Virus record (IMG/VR): IMGVR_UViG_3300017903_001572
Coordinates: 1 to 34,977 of that record
Direction: 5' to 3' (one strand)
Length of the DNA: 34,977 nt
Source: a virus
Lineage: Duplodnaviria; Caudoviricetes
The translations under genes were made by a program, and so were the position numbers. Positions 31,484 through 34,977 of the stretch are shown piece by piece (the stretch's first letter is position 1; every line of letters begins with the position of its first letter). The notes beneath the pieces are model-generated. The model ran no database searches. It was given only the letters and a program-made list of their open reading frames with translations, and was not told the DNA's origin.

Positions 31484-32012
31484 ACCACTCATCCACGGTC
31501 TTGACCCAAGGTTCTGCTAGAAGTGCTGCGACCTTGGTACAAATATAGTCATCATTCTCAATAGACTTGCCACCTTGCTGGTGTGCAAACAGACCAGAGT
31601 CCAGGTTAGCAATGAAATCTTCCTTGCTGAACCACACCAGGCGAGCATCTTCCTCATCGGGGTTGATACCGAAGAAGATCAAACGCTCCCAATCCTTATC
31701 ACGTGAGATGTGATTGATGATGAAAGAATCTTTCTTGACACCACCTTTCTTGTTACGAGTGGCAAGAGAGAATTTAATCTCAGTCAAGATACCATCAATC
31801 ACACGGTCATGACCTGCAGTTGATGTAGCAGCACGTTCAACAAGACACTGCTCTTCTTCCATGTAATGAGAGACGAATCGCTCACCAAACTCTCCCTTTT
31901 GCTTGGGTGACATGAACACATAACCTCGGAACATGGTGTCATGCCAAGGATCTTGTGCGTTGGCGTCAATGTAGTCACGAAGACCACTGTTTTCAATGAG
32001 AGTGTCAAACAT
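31482..32012 (-). CDS. PD-(D/E)XK superfamily nuclease, restriction-endonuclease-like (176 aa)
   Basis: KQKGEFGE…GHDRVIDGILTEIKFS: helix-E, D and E-x-K catalytic arrangement. Confidence 0.65.
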   Translation of the reverse strand: MFDTLIENSGLRDYIDANAQDPWHDTMFRGYVFMSPKQKGEFGERFVSHYMEEEQCLVERAATSTAGHDRVIDGILTEIKFSLATRNKKGGVKKDSFIINHISRDKDWERLIFFGINPDEEDARLVWFSKEDFIANLDSGLFAHQQGGKSIENDDYICTKVAALLAEPWVKTVDEW

Positions 32013-32014
32013 AA

Positions 32015-32161
32015 TCAATACTTTTCGCCGTCGCGTGCTTTGGCGGGACTGTGGGCAAGGTCAACAAATGCCATTGCCATCTCAGAATAATCATTGGGAA
32101 TAACAACAGCAATTAGACCTGCTACTGCAACACACCAACACGTCGTCCAGAAATGCCTCAT
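32015..32161 (-). CDS. Putative membrane peptide (48 aa)
   Basis: MRHFWTTCWCVAVAGLIAVVIPNDY…; fills the gap between two genes. Confidence 0.45.
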   Translation of the reverse strand: MRHFWTTCWCVAVAGLIAVVIPNDYSEMAMAFVDLAHSPAKARDGEKY

Positions 32162-32188
32162 GATGACTGGGAGATCACTACCCCACAA

Positions 32189-32461
32189 TTATACACCAGA
32201 TGGACCCCATCCGTCGTTCTCAGGGACAGTATCATCATCGTCCACTCGGTCAACTGATGCAATGTCACACACTGGCACTTCATGCTCACCACCTACAAGA
32301 TACCATGGCATGATCTCACCGTGATACTCTGGATGTGCTTGATACTCAGTAGTGTATTCTCTGTCACCGAGATACATTAGCTCGCTGTCTGGAATATCGT
32401 GATCGCGTAACATTGCTTGTAGTTGCAAGTGCGTCAACTCTGGTTGCGTAGGTACTTTCAT
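32189..32461 (-). CDS. Hypothetical protein (90 aa)
   Basis: First gene after a sigma70 promoter; WYLVGGEHEVPVCDI motif. Confidence 0.75.
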   Translation of the reverse strand: MKVPTQPELTHLQLQAMLRDHDIPDSELMYLGDREYTTEYQAHPEYHGEIMPWYLVGGEHEVPVCDIASVDRVDDDDTVPENDGWGPSGV

Positions 32462-32482
32462 TTGCCTGACTGATGCTCTGCT

Positions 32483-32511
32483 ACCCTAGCACAGCGTCAG
32501 ACTGGTGTCAA
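32483..32511 (-). promoter_or_regulatory. Host-like sigma70 promoter TTGACA-N17-TAGGGT (extended TG) opening the early island
   Basis: tgtcaa at 32506-32511 and acccta at 32483-32488 on +. Confidence 0.6.
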
Positions 32512-32852
32512 TACCTGTTAGTATACGTTATTGATCCCGAAGGAGTAATCACCTGGCATTCAAAGAAATAATCCTGATCTTCTAGGTCTCTATTACTAGG
32601 AAACCAATCATTAGCATGATCAACTGCTGTAATCTGATCAATGAACTTATAGAATGTCATTTTATTAGAGAAAATCTCTAGATGCTCATCCTGTGGGATA
32701 ATATCTGCATAGAAATCTTTCACCAATTGTTTCTTCTCAGTAGACAGTGAGAAATATTTGCTCGTGTCAATAAAAAGAATATATTTGTTTGTTAGGTTTG
32801 CGTATTCAGCGATCAGTTCATATAGTCTGACCGAATCCATTCTTACTAGCAT
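32508..32852 (-). CDS. Conserved hypothetical protein downstream of the fibre chaperone (114 aa)
   Basis: TAATG-coupled to 32852..33754; A-x-DWFP motif. Confidence 0.75.
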   Translation of the reverse strand: MLVRMDSVRLYELIAEYANLTNKYILFIDTSKYFSLSTEKKQLVKDFYADIIPQDEHLEIFSNKMTFYKFIDQITAVDHANDWFPSNRDLEDQDYFFECQVITPSGSITYTNRY

Positions 32853-33754
32853 TATACTCTCCCCTCTTCAATAGCTTCTAGTAGTGAATTAATATAATCT
32901 TCACTTGTTTTCCATTTCTTCTGCTCATCAGCAAGAGTGTTTTGTCCAAATACTTTCTTGCTTCTAGTTGTAAATACATTTTGAACTTTACCATTTGGTA
33001 GAGTTCTCAGTTTCAATGCAACATATAGTGCCATCCTCTGATTCCAATTTTCTAGTGTATTGGAAGTTGGTTTCCAGAAATGATAGTCAGTATTCTCTAG
33101 ATAAGGATCATTTCTACCTTGATCACCATAATGATCTTCTGGTAAATCTACTTGCTTTCTTTCTAGATAAACATTTGGTGTGATTGGAAAAGAAACCTCA
33201 AATGGGTTTGCAAAACCAATTGTGGGAATATCTCTCAGATACTGACGATAATCAATCCACATTGCTTTCTCTTCATCAGAGATAGAATAGTCTGGCATCA
33301 TTATAAAATCAGACTCTTCTAACAAGAAATTTCTAATCAAACGAATCTTTTCCCACGATAAGAGTTTATTACTAACAAATTCTCTCTCCATAGTGGACTC
33401 AATGTCCCTTTCAAGAGACTCTTTATATGCTAAGAATTTATCAATAATTGCACTCTTCAAAGCATCTGCTGCTTCCTTATCTAAATTGGCATATTCAAAC
33501 TCATAGGAAACCCATTTACCAGTTGCTTCTTTGTGATTTCTCACATATTTGTTTCTGGTGATATGATATTTGCCATCACTAAAAGCGGAAAATACTTCTA
33601 ATCTGTCTCTGTCACTGTGCCACAATGGATATAACAGTGGAATAATTTCAGACTCCCAATATGTATCATTGATCTCTTTGGTCATATTCTTATACGAAAT
33701 TGACCTATTGATCGTATTCATGTACAAAGTTACAGTGCTGTTAAATGTCGCCAT
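32852..33754 (-). CDS. Tail-fibre assembly chaperone-domain protein (300 aa)
   Basis: IRLIRNFLLEESDF…PDY…W-x2-YRQYLRDIP…FP is the phage tail assembly chaperone motif; directly follows a fibre gene. Confidence 0.75.
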   Translation of the reverse strand: MATFNSTVTLYMNTINRSISYKNMTKEINDTYWESEIIPLLYPLWHSDRDRLEVFSAFSDGKYHITRNKYVRNHKEATGKWVSYEFEYANLDKEAADALKSAIIDKFLAYKESLERDIESTMEREFVSNKLLSWEKIRLIRNFLLEESDFIMMPDYSISDEEKAMWIDYRQYLRDIPTIGFANPFEVSFPITPNVYLERKQVDLPEDHYGDQGRNDPYLENTDYHFWKPTSNTLENWNQRMALYVALKLRTLPNGKVQNVFTTRSKKVFGQNTLADEQKKWKTSEDYINSLLEAIEEGRV

Positions 33755-33778
33755 TGTATCAAAGACTCTTTCCCTGGT

Positions 33779-33785
33779 TATTTAT
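33779..33785 (-). promoter_or_regulatory. Late promoter-like ATAAATA
   Basis: tatttat on +, overlapping the fibre stop, 24 nt upstream of the chaperone ATG. Confidence 0.55.
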
Positions 33786-34977
33786 CTCGCTTTGATTAAG
33801 TATTTGACACGATGGTACTTTGTGATCAGAGGTATTGGATCAACCACTTGCACCGAAGAATTAACAGAAATTGGAACACTTGGAGATAATGTAAATGTAC
33901 CATCTTCAACAACAATTCTAGAATCTCTTGCTGAAACTTCCCTTCGTACAACATCAATACCATCATCTGTTCCACATCCAGGTTGTGCATTTCCTGGTAG
34001 TGTAGCATTTGTAGATGGTTCAAATACCAATTCAGTGACTGGATTGAATGTGGTGACGACTTGAGCAAGACCATAGTTATCTACATCAGGATCATCATTA
34101 TCACCCTGAGCTGGAGATCTTTGTTGTTCCAATAATAGATAAATGTTTGTTGCTCTCATTGGACTTTCTTCTGGAACAGTATATGAATATGTTTCATATG
34201 TAGAACTACTTGCAGCAGTAGTGACTAATCCATCTAACAAAGTTGCTGTGCTAGCATTTGGTGCTGTTTTCCAATATAAATTTAAATTTTCATCAGGACT
34301 TTCACCACCATTACTGTTATTTCCGCGAATAATATCAAAATAAATGGTATTGACAGAAGTCATATCAAATGGTCCTAAAAGAAGGAATCTATTTCCTGCG
34401 CCAGTAAAATTAATTAATTTTGTAACTTTACCAGAATGTAAAGCAGTTGGAGCAACTGGGAATGTTCCCGCACTAGCAGCGATTACATCTACCTTTTCTG
34501 AAGAAGAGTGCCAAATTCCTGCACCAACTGTTGATGGTGAATCTTCATAGGAAATAATGCCTGGGTATCCAGGAGCAGGATACTTTCTACCTGCAGGTAC
34601 AGTAATACCAACAACAGGATCAGATCCTTCCAATATTCCAAATACTTCTACAGACAATCCTCCCCGACTTCCATCATCACCTCCACTTGTTCCAGGACCA
34701 CCAATGCTTCCACTAATCCCTGTTGATAAACCTCCATCTGGATCATCAATTTCAACCGAAAGATAACCACCAGCACCGCCGCCGCCGCCAGAAGGATTTA
34801 TTCCACTGACAGTTCTTGTGACAGTTACTGAAACATATCCACCACCAGAAGATCCACTACTTTCTGATGCTGCGGAAACGTAGTTATTATTGTAAGCAGA
34901 TCTTCCTGCTCTTCCACCACTGCCGCCACCAAATCCACCGTGACCAGCACCAGCACTACCACCAGCTCCACCAGCAC
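33782..34977 (-). CDS. Gly-rich tail-fibre-like structural protein; 3' part only, starts beyond the right edge
   Basis: The frame of the 291-aa ORF stays open to 34977 (…AGGAGGSAGAGHGGFGGGSGGRAGRS…GGGGGAGGY…). C-terminus PLITKYHRVKYLIKAR is typical of cyanophage fibre proteins. Confidence 0.75.
   Translation of the reverse strand, partial: AGGAGGSAGAGHGGFGGGSGGRAGRSAYNNNYVSAASESSGSSGGGYVSVTVTRTVSGINPSGGGGGAGGYLSVEIDDPDGGLSTGISGSIGGPGTSGGDDGSRGGLSVEVFGILEGSDPVVGITVPAGRKYPAPGYPGIISYEDSPSTVGAGIWHSSSEKVDVIAASAGTFPVAPTALHSGKVTKLINFTGAGNRFLLLGPFDMTSVNTIYFDIIRGNNSNGGESPDENLNLYWKTAPNASTATLLDGLVTTAASSSTYETYSYTVPEESPMRATNIYLLLEQQRSPAQGDNDDPDVDNYGLAQVVTTFNPVTELVFEPSTNATLPGNAQPGCGTDDGIDVVRREVSARDSRIVVEDGTFTLSPSVPISVNSSVQVVDPIPLITKYHRVKYLIKAR

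Noticed and set aside
34770-34977. GCC/CCA triplet runs
   Set aside because: Simply encode the Gly-rich segment of the fibre protein.

Overview
This is a fragment of a T4-like marine cyanophage (myovirus, probably Synechococcus-infecting, Kyanoviridae-like). Every gene I can support is on the minus strand. In transcription order (right to left) it contains: (1) the 3' end of a Gly-rich tail-fibre-like gene, a tail-fibre assembly chaperone and a conserved small gene (32508-34977); (2) an ~11 kb island of >40 short, mostly hypothetical early-type genes (21351-32461), partly GC-richer, including a T5orf172/GIY-YIG-like protein, a PD-(D/E)XK nuclease, an AbrB/MazE-like protein and two KTSC-like proteins; (3) a late baseplate module of PAAR protein, small basic peptide, SET-domain methyltransferase, gp25, gp6, a 3344-aa gp7, gp8 and the 5' part of a VrlC/DUF4815-like virion protein. 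Three signals stand out. Inside gp7 are three nested helical units that resemble phycobiliprotein subunits, with Cys at positions matching bilin-attachment sites. An 18-bp palindrome (GACAGTT-N4-AACTGTC) recurs at least 11 times, 31-34 nt upstream of -10 boxes in the early island. A SET methyltransferase gene sits directly downstream of an unannotated Lys-rich peptide starting MARAK. No tRNA, rRNA or CRISPR array was seen. All family assignments come from motif recognition by eye, not from database searches.
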